IMG/VR virus record: IMGVR_UViG_3300020056_002272
Span: 20,662-84,661 of that record
Source of the DNA: a virus
Length of the DNA: 64,000 bases
Reading direction: 5' to 3' (one strand)
Made by a program: the position numbers and the translations under genes. Under the pieces are notes generated by a model. The model saw nothing but the letters and a program-made list of their open reading frames with translations. It made no database searches and was not told where the DNA came from. Shown here one piece after another: positions 51,917 to 60,362 of the stretch; position 1 is the first letter of the stretch; the number at the start of each line of letters is the position of its first letter.

Positions 51917-53782
51917 TTAAACTATTGGACTTGTATCTAATCTTACCCAAGAACCGTTTTGGTATACTTGGTATCTGTTGTCATCTGTGTTGTATATCAT
52001 ATCACCATTTTCAGCACTTAATGCATCTCTTTGTGCATCTGTCAAGTTTGCTAATTTAAACGGTGATTGTGTAACTTCTACTCTTGTGCCTGCTGTAAGT
52101 AAAATATCTGTAGCTGACTCAAGTTCAGGAGTTCCTGCACCGGATGTGATAATGTTTTCTACTTCGATTGTATCTGCTGTAATTTTGTTTGTAACAGTAA
52201 GATTATTTTCGACTGTAAGATCACTACTGATCAGCATTGAAGGTGTAATGGTAATTTGGCTACTGTCACTTGTATCTAAGACACTGCCTGTAAATGTGAA
52301 CGACCCTACATCTGCTGTAGTAATTGCATCTGTAATTCCATATCCTGCTACAGTAGTAGGTGTTCCTGTAAGCGAACTAAATGCTCCGTCGAACAATGTA
52401 GGAGTTCCTGTAAGATCGCCATATGCACCACTTGTAGCCACTGCGGCTAGTGTAGGTGTGTTTGTATGGTTATTGTAATCTAAGTAGTATGATGGATATT
52501 GTCCATCAAGTGTAACTGCGTCACTGGCAGGAGCAGGTGCTGCACTACCTCCAGATACATATGCTGTATATGCTGTTCCGTCTACAGTGCTGGTCAAACC
52601 TGCATCACTGTAAAGTGCAAAGGTATCAAGTGTTAAAGTATCAACAAAATAGCTGTTACCGTTTAGCTCTGTCATACCAACAACATCAGTAATAGTTACT
52701 TTCTGTCCATCACCAAAACCGTGTGCTGCACTTGTTGTTACAACAACCGGATTTGCTTGTGTAGCGCCGCTAACCGTCGCTGCACTACCGCCTGAGCCTT
52801 GTAAATCTGCACTAGCAATCCAGCTAGCACCATCAAATTTTAACACATCGCCTACTGATGCAGTTCCTGCACCTAGCACTGCATATGGAATTTCGCCATT
52901 TACACCATCTACTAAAATTGTGCTATCATCTGCTACAAGTGTTCCTTTGTAATTTCCTACGAAACTAGGCGCTGTGACAGTGCCAGTAAATACTCCGCCG
53001 CCCCTTACATCTAGTGTCTGAGCTGGAGTCTGGGTGCCTAAACCTAATTTTTCATCTCTCCATATCATAGTTGATGATTCAGGAAAAGCACTAGTTGAAT
53101 CAGAATAAAAAACTATAAAATCATTACCACCATTTATACCTGCAGTGGTTACAGCACCATTTAAATCTTCTCTTCCAAAATATATACTACCATATTGTAG
53201 AGGATCTGCAGAAATATCGCCAGCCGATCTACGCATAAGATCAAGTGCTGCGAAGCCATCATCTGAATATACATTAATATTGTAGTTGCCTGTGTTAGCA
53301 TTATCTATTGATATGTCACCCTCGCCTTCCATAAAGGCTACGTTAAAATGTTTTGTTGCAGCATTTACAAGAACAGTAGTATCTGTAGCCACCAAATTAC
53401 CAACTACCTGTCCTTGAAATTCACCTGTAGCGATAACATTTACACCTTCAATATTGGATTCACTTGATATACTACCTGTAAGATCAATATCTCCAGGGCC
53501 GGCTAATATTGTTCCTGTATCTAGATATATGTCATTTGTAAATGTAGATTGTATATCAGTAAGTGATAGAACAGTTCCTGTTGCTGTAGATTCGATGCCT
53601 GTTATGCTGCCACCACCGCCGGAGCCGTTACCAACTGCTATTCCTCCTATAGAGCCGCCTTCGCTTTGTAGGCCATTACCTACAAATACTTGTTCAAGGT
53701 CTATATCATAGACTAGTTCGCCTTCTTCAAAGTAAAGCTGGGTTCTATCAGCTGTGCTTCCTCGTTTCAGTCGCAATGCCAT
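51917..53782 (-). CDS. Tail fibre-like protein (mosaic)
   Basis: N-terminal LRLKRG...GEL.YD.D...+.VG.G (Mtd/hyaluronidase-type N-cap), FCCH-like module, LAAVATSG.Y.DL and PTT.AGYGITDA fibre repeats. Confidence 0.75.
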   Translation of the reverse strand: MALRLKRGSTADRTQLYFEEGELVYDIDLEQVFVGNGLQSEGGSIGGIAVGNGSGGGGSITGIESTATGTVLSLTDIQSTFTNDIYLDTGTILAGPGDIDLTGSISSESNIEGVNVIATGEFQGQVVGNLVATDTTVLVNAATKHFNVAFMEGEGDISIDNANTGNYNINVYSDDGFAALDLMRRSAGDISADPLQYGSIYFGREDLNGAVTTAGINGGNDFIVFYSDSTSAFPESSTMIWRDEKLGLGTQTPAQTLDVRGGGVFTGTVTAPSFVGNYKGTLVADDSTILVDGVNGEIPYAVLGAGTASVGDVLKFDGASWIASADLQGSGGSAATVSGATQANPVVVTTSAAHGFGDGQKVTITDVVGMTELNGNSYFVDTLTLDTFALYSDAGLTSTVDGTAYTAYVSGGSAAPAPASDAVTLDGQYPSYYLDYNNHTNTPTLAAVATSGAYGDLTGTPTLFDGAFSSLTGTPTTVAGYGITDAITTADVGSFTFTGSVLDTSDSSQITITPSMLISSDLTVENNLTVTNKITADTIEVENIITSGAGTPELESATDILLTAGTRVEVTQSPFKLANLTDAQRDALSAENGDMIYNTDDNRYQVYQNGSWVRLDTSPIV

Positions 53783-53790
53783 ATCAAATT

Positions 53791-53831
53791 TCTCCTACAG
53801 TGGTGTTTTATATATTTATCACTATTAGAGA
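53791..53831 (-). promoter_or_regulatory. SD-sequestering hairpin with late motif GATAAATA (53820-53813) at the loop
   Basis: Minus-strand arms TCTCTAATAGTG and CACTGTAGGAGA pair at 11 of 12 positions (2 G.U) and cover AGGAG. Confidence 0.65.
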
Positions 53832-53835
53832 TTTA

Positions 53836-54402
53836 TCAAAACTTATCAATACAAAAAACAAGATGAACTCTATTGTTTTTGCTGGCATTGATAGCTGTAT
53901 GTGGTTGTCTAGTGTCAACTATATATGTTTTTCCAAAAGGCAATCTAAATACCTTATCTTTGATAACCATAAAGCAATCATCGTTTGTATATATAGGAAT
54001 ATGCAATCTTGGAGAAGGATCTTTGTGCATAGTCAAACAGGTTTTGTAAATACTTTTCATAAATCTGCCTCTATACACATTATAACCTGCGTTTTTAATT
54101 TTTTCTATAATGGTATCAAAATATGTGTTTTTGAAATAGTCGCAGGTTTGATTTATTTCAGTTTCAACAAGCATATCAGTGCGTAAAGGAACATCGCCAT
54201 TGCCGTCATAGTTTACCCAGTCGTAGTATAAACTTCCTGTAGATTCATATAGTTGATTTTCAATAGCACACTCGGATCTAGCTTGTATTGCGATTTGTTT
54301 TAGGTGGTCTGCTTCAACAAGTTTTTGATCTATATCTAATTTGTTATACTCGTCAAGCATGAGAGTATAGTCTATATCGATATCTATTTCTTTTATCAGC
54401 AT
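53836..54402 (-). CDS. Fe(II)/2OG oxygenase, Asp/Asn beta-hydroxylase family
   Basis: MHKD..RLHIPI.TN...HTAINA...RVHL. Confidence 0.8.
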   Translation of the reverse strand: MLIKEIDIDIDYTLMLDEYNKLDIDQKLVEADHLKQIAIQARSECAIENQLYESTGSLYYDWVNYDGNGDVPLRTDMLVETEINQTCDYFKNTYFDTIIEKIKNAGYNVYRGRFMKSIYKTCLTMHKDPSPRLHIPIYTNDDCFMVIKDKVFRLPFGKTYIVDTRQPHTAINASKNNRVHLVFCIDKF

Positions 54403-54406
54403 ACCA

Positions 54407-54706
54407 CTATTTATTGAGTTTTAAAAACCGATTGGTTCGCTTACTAATATCAGTTTTAAGTCGTTCTAAATCTAGTCTAAAATCTACAGTTGATATTGTT
54501 TCTTCGTATTCATTAAAAAATTCGTCTAGAACAGTTTCGGGATCGTCACCAAGATCCCGATTCATCATATCAATTTCCCAAATCGTTTTATCCTGAAATG
54601 TAACCACTAAAGTGTTAACATAGTCTAGCGGGATGTAGTCCATGTTAATTTCACGAAATATATTTTCCCAATAATCTTTTCCGTGCTGTGGTTTTCTATT
54701 AGGCAC
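54407..54706 (-). CDS. Hypothetical protein
   Basis: The ORF-track start (54853) overlaps the upstream gene. GTG54706 or ATG54643 is more plausible. Confidence 0.55.
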   Translation of the reverse strand: MPNRKPQHGKDYWENIFREINMDYIPLDYVNTLVVTFQDKTIWEIDMMNRDLGDDPETVLDEFFNEYEETISTVDFRLDLERLKTDISKRTNRFLKLNK

Positions 54707-55319
54707 TCTCTGTAGATTTCTTTGCTGCTGACTTTCTCTTTGTAGGAACCAGCTCTTCTGCTTGCTCTCTAAGGGCTTTTGCTTCTTTGAAAAGTGCGTC
54801 TGCCTGTGAACGGTATTGAGCAGCAAGGTCTGCATCACTAAGAATACCGTCATCTACTGGTGCTGTTTCAGTATAAGTAGCAACAGGATCTACATTTTCT
54901 TCGACTGGAGCAGGTTGTTTTGTTGTGCCATCTGGTCCCTTAAGAGCTAGATCTGCAACCGTAACGCCTTTCTGCTCTGCAACAATTTTATTTAAATCTG
55001 ATAGTTTTACACTTGACGTAGTGGTAGGAGTCATTTCGATCAATTCAGTTGATACTTTACTCATCTTTCCTGTGGTATGAAATCCAGCTAACATATTGCG
55101 TCCATCAGGCAAAGTTGTGCGTGACATTTGTTCCGCAAATTCGTAAGCCTGTTGACCTGAAGCTGATTCAACTGCTGTCATTAATGCATCATGTTCTCCA
55201 GAATCAAGAGACTCAGTAGGAATGATAAGACAATGTTCTGGCTCCCCAGGAACTACTCTGTATGCAACGATTACTTTTTTTTGATTAGAGGCTATTCTGC
55301 CTACATGTTTAAGCGCCAT
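54699..55319 (-). CDS. Hypothetical phage protein
   Basis: Start MALKHVGR at 55319 with a GGAG RBS; basic C-terminal tail. Confidence 0.75.
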   Translation of the reverse strand: MALKHVGRIASNQKKVIVAYRVVPGEPEHCLIIPTESLDSGEHDALMTAVESASGQQAYEFAEQMSRTTLPDGRNMLAGFHTTGKMSKVSTELIEMTPTTTSSVKLSDLNKIVAEQKGVTVADLALKGPDGTTKQPAPVEENVDPVATYTETAPVDDGILSDADLAAQYRSQADALFKEAKALREQAEELVPTKRKSAAKKSTESA

Positions 55320-55566
55320 TTGTCTCTCCATTTGTTTCAGCAGCAGCTTCAGCAGCAGCAGCTTCTTGAGCTTCTTTTGCAGCTTTAGCTTGCTCTTCTA
55401 CATCTTTTAAAAATGCATCTAATTTGTTGTAAAGTGAGCCTACATTGGCTAATTCGTTTGCTTTGAATGCACTACGTTCAGTAGCCAATTCAATAATTGC
55501 ACGTGCCAATGCAAGATCTTGAATATTTAATTCGTTGCTATTAGTTTGAGCTTGTGCTTCAGTCAT
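55309..55566 (-). CDS. Hypothetical protein
   Basis: 85 aa, AAGGAG RBS, Ala/Glu-rich tail. Confidence 0.75.
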   Translation of the reverse strand: MTEAQAQTNSNELNIQDLALARAIIELATERSAFKANELANVGSLYNKLDAFLKDVEEQAKAAKEAQEAAAAEAAAETNGETNGA

Positions 55567-55605
55567 TGATATAATTCTCCTTATGTTGTATATACCTAAA
55601 TCTAG

Positions 55606-55893
55606 TTATTCGTATTTTAAATGTGGACAAGCAAGTAGAAAGAAACTTAATTCTTTTTTTGATTCAAAACCAACTGTGTATACACTTTGTATACTGTGCA
55701 TTTGTTCGTCTTCTTTTAAACCTACATTTTGTCCAAAAAAGTAACGTCCGCTTAAATGATCCTCAATCCATTCGCAAATTGCTCTTTCTAAGTTATAACG
55801 CCTTGCAACATCAGTAGTTGCAAAGGTAGGAGGGCAAAATTTTACCCTCCTAAGTCGCAAGATATCTAAAGGATTGGGATCTTTTAACTTCAC
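55606..55893 (-). CDS. Hypothetical protein
   Basis: 95 aa, GGAGG RBS, GTGA overlap. Confidence 0.7.
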   Translation of the reverse strand: MKLKDPNPLDILRLRRVKFCPPTFATTDVARRYNLERAICEWIEDHLSGRYFFGQNVGLKEDEQMHSIQSVYTVGFESKKELSFFLLACPHLKYE

Positions 55894-57164
55894 GCAGCCT
55901 CCTCGTAGTGAGCAGTAACACCAAACGGTCCTTCAAGATTTTTATCGTGATTGCTGTGGATAATAAACACAGTGTCACAGTAATCAGGGTCGCCCCAGCT
56001 ATCCCAAGCGTAGCCGTCTGTAAACATGATGAATTTTTTAGGCTGAATATCGCGATCTTTCATGTATTTCCAGTTTGCCATAAAATCGGTGCCACCACCT
56101 CCGGCAATTTCGTATTCGCTAATATCACGGCCGTCGTCTGCAATAAAATCGTCCTCATTGTAAACGCTAGTGTCAAAACACCATACTTTAATTTTATAGT
56201 CTTGGTATTCTTCCATAATACCTTTTATTTCACCTAAGAAGTCAGCTGCCTGAGCATTGCCGATACTACCTGACATGTCAATACTTACACAAATGTCAAT
56301 AGTATCTTGGAAGTTCATGCCTGGCAAGATTGCACCGGTATGCCAGCCTTTGCGTGAAGGACGACTAAATGTGTAATCGCTTTTAATAGTGCTTTGGATT
56401 TGTTGACGTAGCAATTCACGCCAGTTCATTTTGGATTCAGTAAGGTCTTTGATAATACGTTGCACCCCTGCAGGAACATTGCCAGCGCCAGCAGTTTGTG
56501 CAGCATTGATCATTGCCTCTTTGATCTCGTCTTTAATTTGATCAAGTTCTTCTTTGGTGTATTTAGGACGCCCCTTGCCTTTACCTTCTTGATCACCGTC
56601 ACCTTCCAAGTCCAAATGTTCGTCTAGCATTTCTCCTAGTTCTTGCAAAAATTCTTCGCCATTCTTTTTGGCTTGATCAAACAGCTCGTCATAAACTTGC
56701 TCGCTGCTCCAGCCACGATATTTAAAGTCTTGGAAGCAATCTACAATCTTTGGTTTCGCACCAATGCCTTGATCTAACAGTTCGTTGTTTACAATATAAT
56801 CTGCTGCAATGTTATATAGCATCGGATTACGATCATGTCGCCTACCTAAGTGATCGTATACCATGTGAAAAATTTCATGGGCAATAACAAACTCAATTTC
56901 TTTATTATCCATTGCGTTGAAAAACTGAGTGTTGAAAAACAAATTACGTCCGTCTACGGCAGCAGTCATAAGCCATTCATCTGCTGCTTGGATGTTAAGT
57001 CTTGTAGCCATGTTGCCAAAGAATGGATGCCGTAGAAGCAGCCCAACACGAGCAGTTACAATACGATCCAACACTTCTACACGCATTGCTTCGAGTGCAT
57101 CGGGCGTAATGTCAGGATCTGGTTGCCATTGTTTCAGTTTACTTTGAGTGTCTTTAGCAGTCAT
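55890..57164 (-). CDS. Metallopeptidase-like (HEXXH) plus vWA domain protein (DUF2201-like), MoxR partner
   Basis: HEIFH; SIDMSGS MIDAS; GGGGT; FTDG. Confidence 0.85.
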   Translation of the reverse strand: MTAKDTQSKLKQWQPDPDITPDALEAMRVEVLDRIVTARVGLLLRHPFFGNMATRLNIQAADEWLMTAAVDGRNLFFNTQFFNAMDNKEIEFVIAHEIFHMVYDHLGRRHDRNPMLYNIAADYIVNNELLDQGIGAKPKIVDCFQDFKYRGWSSEQVYDELFDQAKKNGEEFLQELGEMLDEHLDLEGDGDQEGKGKGRPKYTKEELDQIKDEIKEAMINAAQTAGAGNVPAGVQRIIKDLTESKMNWRELLRQQIQSTIKSDYTFSRPSRKGWHTGAILPGMNFQDTIDICVSIDMSGSIGNAQAADFLGEIKGIMEEYQDYKIKVWCFDTSVYNEDDFIADDGRDISEYEIAGGGGTDFMANWKYMKDRDIQPKKFIMFTDGYAWDSWGDPDYCDTVFIIHSNHDKNLEGPFGVTAHYEEAA

Positions 57165-57194
57165 GATAACCTCTAATTTCAGTGCCTATGTTTC

Positions 57195-57223
57195 ATACTA
57201 GCAATATTTAAAAGATTTGTCAA
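57195..57223 (-). promoter_or_regulatory. Sigma70-type promoter TTGACA-17-TAGTAT
   Basis: Preceded by AGAGG and followed by ATAGGCACTGAAA, the same arrangement as at 58391-58419. Confidence 0.7.
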
Positions 57224-57234
57224 CCTCTAAATAG

Positions 57235-57261
57235 AAAAAGTGGACGGATTTCTCCGTCCAC
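57235..57261 (-). terminator. Rho-independent terminator after the AAA ATPase gene
   Basis: Minus strand GTGGACGGA-GAAA-TCCGTCCAC (9-bp stem) followed by TTTTT. Confidence 0.85.
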
Positions 57262-57273
57262 CTTATGGCTTCA

Positions 57274-58356
57274 TTAGGCCCCACGTGCAGCCTGGATATA
57301 CTTACCATAGCGATCGTGGAACTCATCAAAGCATTCAACTTCGTCCGGATCAATCGGAAGAGCATATTGTGTAAGAGCAAGTTTAATACCCATAACAACC
57401 AACTCTGTTTCAAAGTTGTCCATTGCAAAACGCAAAAAGTTGTTAACTTTATCGTCAAACTTTTTATCGTTTGCATCGCTGGCTTCTTTGAGTTCGTAGC
57501 AGAGAGACACAGTCAAGGAATACTTGGCACTGATTTCTTGCGTTTTCAACTCTTTTACTTTGCCTAACAAGATGTCCGAAGGATTAGGCATATTTGCAGC
57601 AACTTTACGGTGTGCCATAAACTTAACTGCAAGACCTTCACCAACAGCACCTGCCACAAGATCTGTTGTAGTATATTCGTCTAGATCATCTTCTAGCAAC
57701 TCACTTACAAACGACCAAGAACGAGGTGTAGCAAACGACCGGCTTGCACTTTTAGGATCGAAATCATAAAGATCCTGTTTAGCAAACTGCAAGTAACCTA
57801 CAACGTCTTGGTTGATCTTGTTGTTGACAGCCCATTCGAACCAGTCATCAAAGTTTACACCCATTTCAAGGTGCACAAAACGGTTAGCAAGTGGAGCAGG
57901 CATACGATATGTAACGCCTTTATCTGCTTCACGGTTACCAGCCGCAACAATGATAACATTATCGGGCAACTTGTATTGACCTACCCGGCGATTCAGAATC
58001 AACTGATATGCCGCAGCCTGCACTGCCGGTGCAGCACTGTTCATTTCGTCAAGGAAAAGAACAATGTGGTCATATTGTGCAGCCATTGCCTCGTCGGGCA
58101 ATTCTGCTGGCGCACCCCAAACCATTTTGCCTTGATTGGCATCAAAGTAGGGGATACCTTTGATGTCGGTGGGTTCCCACAACGACAGTCGAATATCAAT
58201 TAGATGTGCATTAGACAGACTATTTGTAATCTGTGCAACAATATCGGATTTACCGATACCTGGAGGACCCCAAAGGAAAATGGGGCGTTGTTTACGCATA
58301 GCAAATTGCAGTGCGTTTTTAGCTTTCTTCGGTGTAAGAACTCGTGCTTCTGACAT
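57274..58356 (-). CDS. MoxR-like AAA+ ATPase
   Basis: Walker A GPPGIGKS, Walker B LFLDE, AAGN, PLANRF, TPRSW. Confidence 0.9.
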   Translation of the reverse strand: MSEARVLTPKKAKNALQFAMRKQRPIFLWGPPGIGKSDIVAQITNSLSNAHLIDIRLSLWEPTDIKGIPYFDANQGKMVWGAPAELPDEAMAAQYDHIVLFLDEMNSAAPAVQAAAYQLILNRRVGQYKLPDNVIIVAAGNREADKGVTYRMPAPLANRFVHLEMGVNFDDWFEWAVNNKINQDVVGYLQFAKQDLYDFDPKSASRSFATPRSWSFVSELLEDDLDEYTTTDLVAGAVGEGLAVKFMAHRKVAANMPNPSDILLGKVKELKTQEISAKYSLTVSLCYELKEASDANDKKFDDKVNNFLRFAMDNFETELVVMGIKLALTQYALPIDPDEVECFDEFHDRYGKYIQAARGA

Positions 58357-58390
58357 AACGTATTCCTTTTGTTTCAGTGCCTATACAAAT

Positions 58391-58419
58391 AATATAGTGT
58401 ATAACACCTAAGAGGTCAA
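58391..58419 (-). promoter_or_regulatory. Sigma70-type promoter TTGACC-17-TATATT
   Basis: Same flanking cassette as at 57195-57223. Confidence 0.6.
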
Positions 58420-58646
58420 CCTCTTTTTTGTAATTTTATGCTGAAACTTCCAGGATTTTTTGGATTTTGTATGCACTCTCTTATATGGGGATGATTGTCT
58501 GCCCATATGTTCAATTCCTGCATCATCGCTCCTTGCCCTGTAATAACGTGACACTTTTTGTGTCCGCTATAATAAGCGGCTGTGACTTGACGATTGAAAT
58601 ATTGCCATGCTGTATGAATGTGCTGTCCGTGAAGATCTATGCGCAT
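58416..58646 (-). CDS. Stand-alone Smr-domain endonuclease
   Basis: IDLHG...VITGQG...NPGS. Confidence 0.8.
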   Translation of the reverse strand: MRIDLHGQHIHTAWQYFNRQVTAAYYSGHKKCHVITGQGAMMQELNIWADNHPHIRECIQNPKNPGSFSIKLQKRG

Positions 58647-58912
58647 CAGCCTATTTTGATGCCGGCTCCTGCTTTGCCTTCGCCTAAATGTAATATAATG
58701 TCATTTATAGTGTTTAGGTTTATTTGTTCAGACTCTGACATACCTGGAGTAATGCGATTCATTAAATCACTTAAATCTACCAAGAACCGGCGATAATCTT
58801 CAGATTGCTCGTCTAATGGAATGTATACTAATCTGAATAAAGGATTGTTAGCTTCGTCTATAGCTGTATCCTCTTTGAGGATGTTAATAAATTTTTTGAT
58901 ATCGTCTGACAT
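58646..58912 (-). CDS. Hypothetical protein
   Basis: 88 aa, GGAG RBS, GATAAATA upstream (58941-58934). Confidence 0.65.
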   Translation of the reverse strand: MSDDIKKFINILKEDTAIDEANNPLFRLVYIPLDEQSEDYRRFLVDLSDLMNRITPGMSESEQINLNTINDIILHLGEGKAGAGIKIG

Positions 58913-58932
58913 TATTGTTCTCCACGTTTATA

Positions 58933-59319
58933 TTATTTATCTGTTTTTTGCCTATTAAGAGCTTTTGTTATTCCGTATTTTCTTATATCGCCGCTAAAAA
59001 GAGTCAATTCAACTGCTCGTTTTTCGTGTGTAACCGTAAGGCTCCGATTGGTAAGATAATACGGACAATCTATAAATTGATCTAAAAAAATAATCACTTG
59101 AGTAGTTATAGTCATATCTCTTGGAAAAGGAATATCGTATGTAGTGATTTCAATTTGTTGAATTGTATCGTAGCCCTCTTCTGTTAATCTTAATCCGCCC
59201 TTATCTTTGTTGCGTGTATTATGCCACCATACAGGCAGCATTGCTTTAACATTACTTTCGTTTGTGCTTTGTCCTAACATACGTAAAAATAGTTTGGTGT
59301 ATGTTATTTTATCAGTCAT
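58933..59319 (-). CDS. Hypothetical phage protein
   Basis: 128-aa ORF with a GGLRLTEEG motif; overlaps its upstream neighbour. Confidence 0.75.
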   Translation of the reverse strand: MTDKITYTKLFLRMLGQSTNESNVKAMLPVWWHNTRNKDKGGLRLTEEGYDTIQQIEITTYDIPFPRDMTITTQVIIFLDQFIDCPYYLTNRSLTVTHEKRAVELTLFSGDIRKYGITKALNRQKTDK

Positions 59320-59605
59320 TGCTTTGTAAAATTGTGCCTTGAGTGAGTTTTACAACATCGAACTCATCCGACTTGAACATTTCGTTTAATTTTTTAGCAA
59401 GATTAAATGCATGTCCAGGGTTAGAAAAACTTGTTTTTTTATATTTAGGACCAGGATAATTTGTAATAGCATTGCTGCTTTTTAAATTAAATGGTTTTCC
59501 TTTATAGAATACTGCCCATATTGCTTCCGCATCTAGCACTTGTTCGCACTTATAGGTTGCACTATTGGTGTATTCTAATAAAACAGTAGGTTTAGGTCTA
59601 CTCAT
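59312..59605 (-). CDS. Hypothetical phage protein
   Basis: 97 aa, GGAG RBS, PGPKYKKTSFSNPGHA motif. Confidence 0.75.
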   Translation of the reverse strand: MSRPKPTVLLEYTNSATYKCEQVLDAEAIWAVFYKGKPFNLKSSNAITNYPGPKYKKTSFSNPGHAFNLAKKLNEMFKSDEFDVVKLTQGTILQSND

Positions 59606-59609
59606 ATCT

Positions 59610-59647
59610 TAACTCCATTATATACGTATTTATCATATTAGGAGTTA
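59610..59647 (-). promoter_or_regulatory. SD-sequestering hairpin with late motif GATAAATA (59634-59627) in the loop
   Basis: A TAACTCC/GGAGTTA 7-bp stem plus an inner ATATG/CGTAT stem closing an ATAAATA loop. Confidence 0.65.
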
Positions 59648-59662
59648 TATGGTAGTTTTTTA

Positions 59663-59905
59663 TTATGTCCAATCAGCGGAAGAACTGCCCATTGTTACAA
59701 TAATATCCTCGTTACTTCCGCCATTTTCTTTAATAAACTTTTCCATGTCGCCGTTCAATCTTGCCATTGCAATTCCCAAAGCAAAGGCAATATTTTTTGC
59801 CTGCTCAATAGGAATCTTAACCTCTTTAGCACGACTTGCATCAGCCTGCTTTACCATTGCAATCAACTGCTGTAATGGTTGAGTATTAAGAGGTTCGATT
59901 GACAT
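59663..59905 (-). CDS. Hypothetical protein
   Basis: 80-aa ORF in the co-directional block. Confidence 0.65.
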   Translation of the reverse strand: MSIEPLNTQPLQQLIAMVKQADASRAKEVKIPIEQAKNIAFALGIAMARLNGDMEKFIKENGGSNEDIIVTMGSSSADWT

Positions 59906-60362
59906 TACTTAATGCTGCTTTCATTTCAAATTCTGTTTTGAACGGACCTATAAATTCGTTACGCTCAATAGTAATTAGCTTTGGGCAAAAACTTTTCAAC
60001 CAATTGACATTGAATTTTACAAGATAGTAGCCTGCACAATATACACTCTTAGACTTTTCACTCTTAGTAAAGAGAGGTAGTTTTTGCTTGATATCGAACA
60101 TACTGTTGTATGGCTGTGTTCTAGTAGGATAGCCATGAACTTCTAGTTTATTTGCAGATTCAGGGCTTTCTTGAATGCTAGCAATCAGGAAATTTTTTCC
60201 AAATGTTTTACGAAGCTGGTTTTCACTTTTATAAAAGTCCGTTTTGCCACTTGTGGTAACAACAAATCCATCTTCGCTTTTGCTTAGAGTTCCTACTTTT
60301 TCACCTGCATTTTCTACAATCCAAAACTTGTCTTGTAAAATTGGTTTTGCTTTTAATGTCAT
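59886..60362 (-). CDS. Hypothetical phage protein
   Basis: 158 aa, ATGA overlap with the RNase H gene. Confidence 0.75.
   Translation of the reverse strand: MTLKAKPILQDKFWIVENAGEKVGTLSKSEDGFVVTTSGKTDFYKSENQLRKTFGKNFLIASIQESPESANKLEVHGYPTRTQPYNSMFDIKQKLPLFTKSEKSKSVYCAGYYLVKFNVNWLKSFCPKLITIERNEFIGPFKTEFEMKAALSNVNRTS

Noticed and set aside
51917-53782. Diversity-generating retroelement target (Mtd-like N-terminus)
   Set aside because: No reverse transcriptase and no near-identical TR/VR repeat pair was seen in the window.
54707-54853. N-terminal extension of the 148-aa minus-strand ORF
   Set aside because: It lies out of frame within the upstream 54699-55319 gene.
58410-58429. AAGAGG-TCAA-CCTCTT hairpin as a preQ1 riboswitch or terminator
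   Set aside because: The loop is too short for preQ1-I, it is not upstream of que genes, the U-tract is on the non-coding strand, and it coincides with a -35 box.
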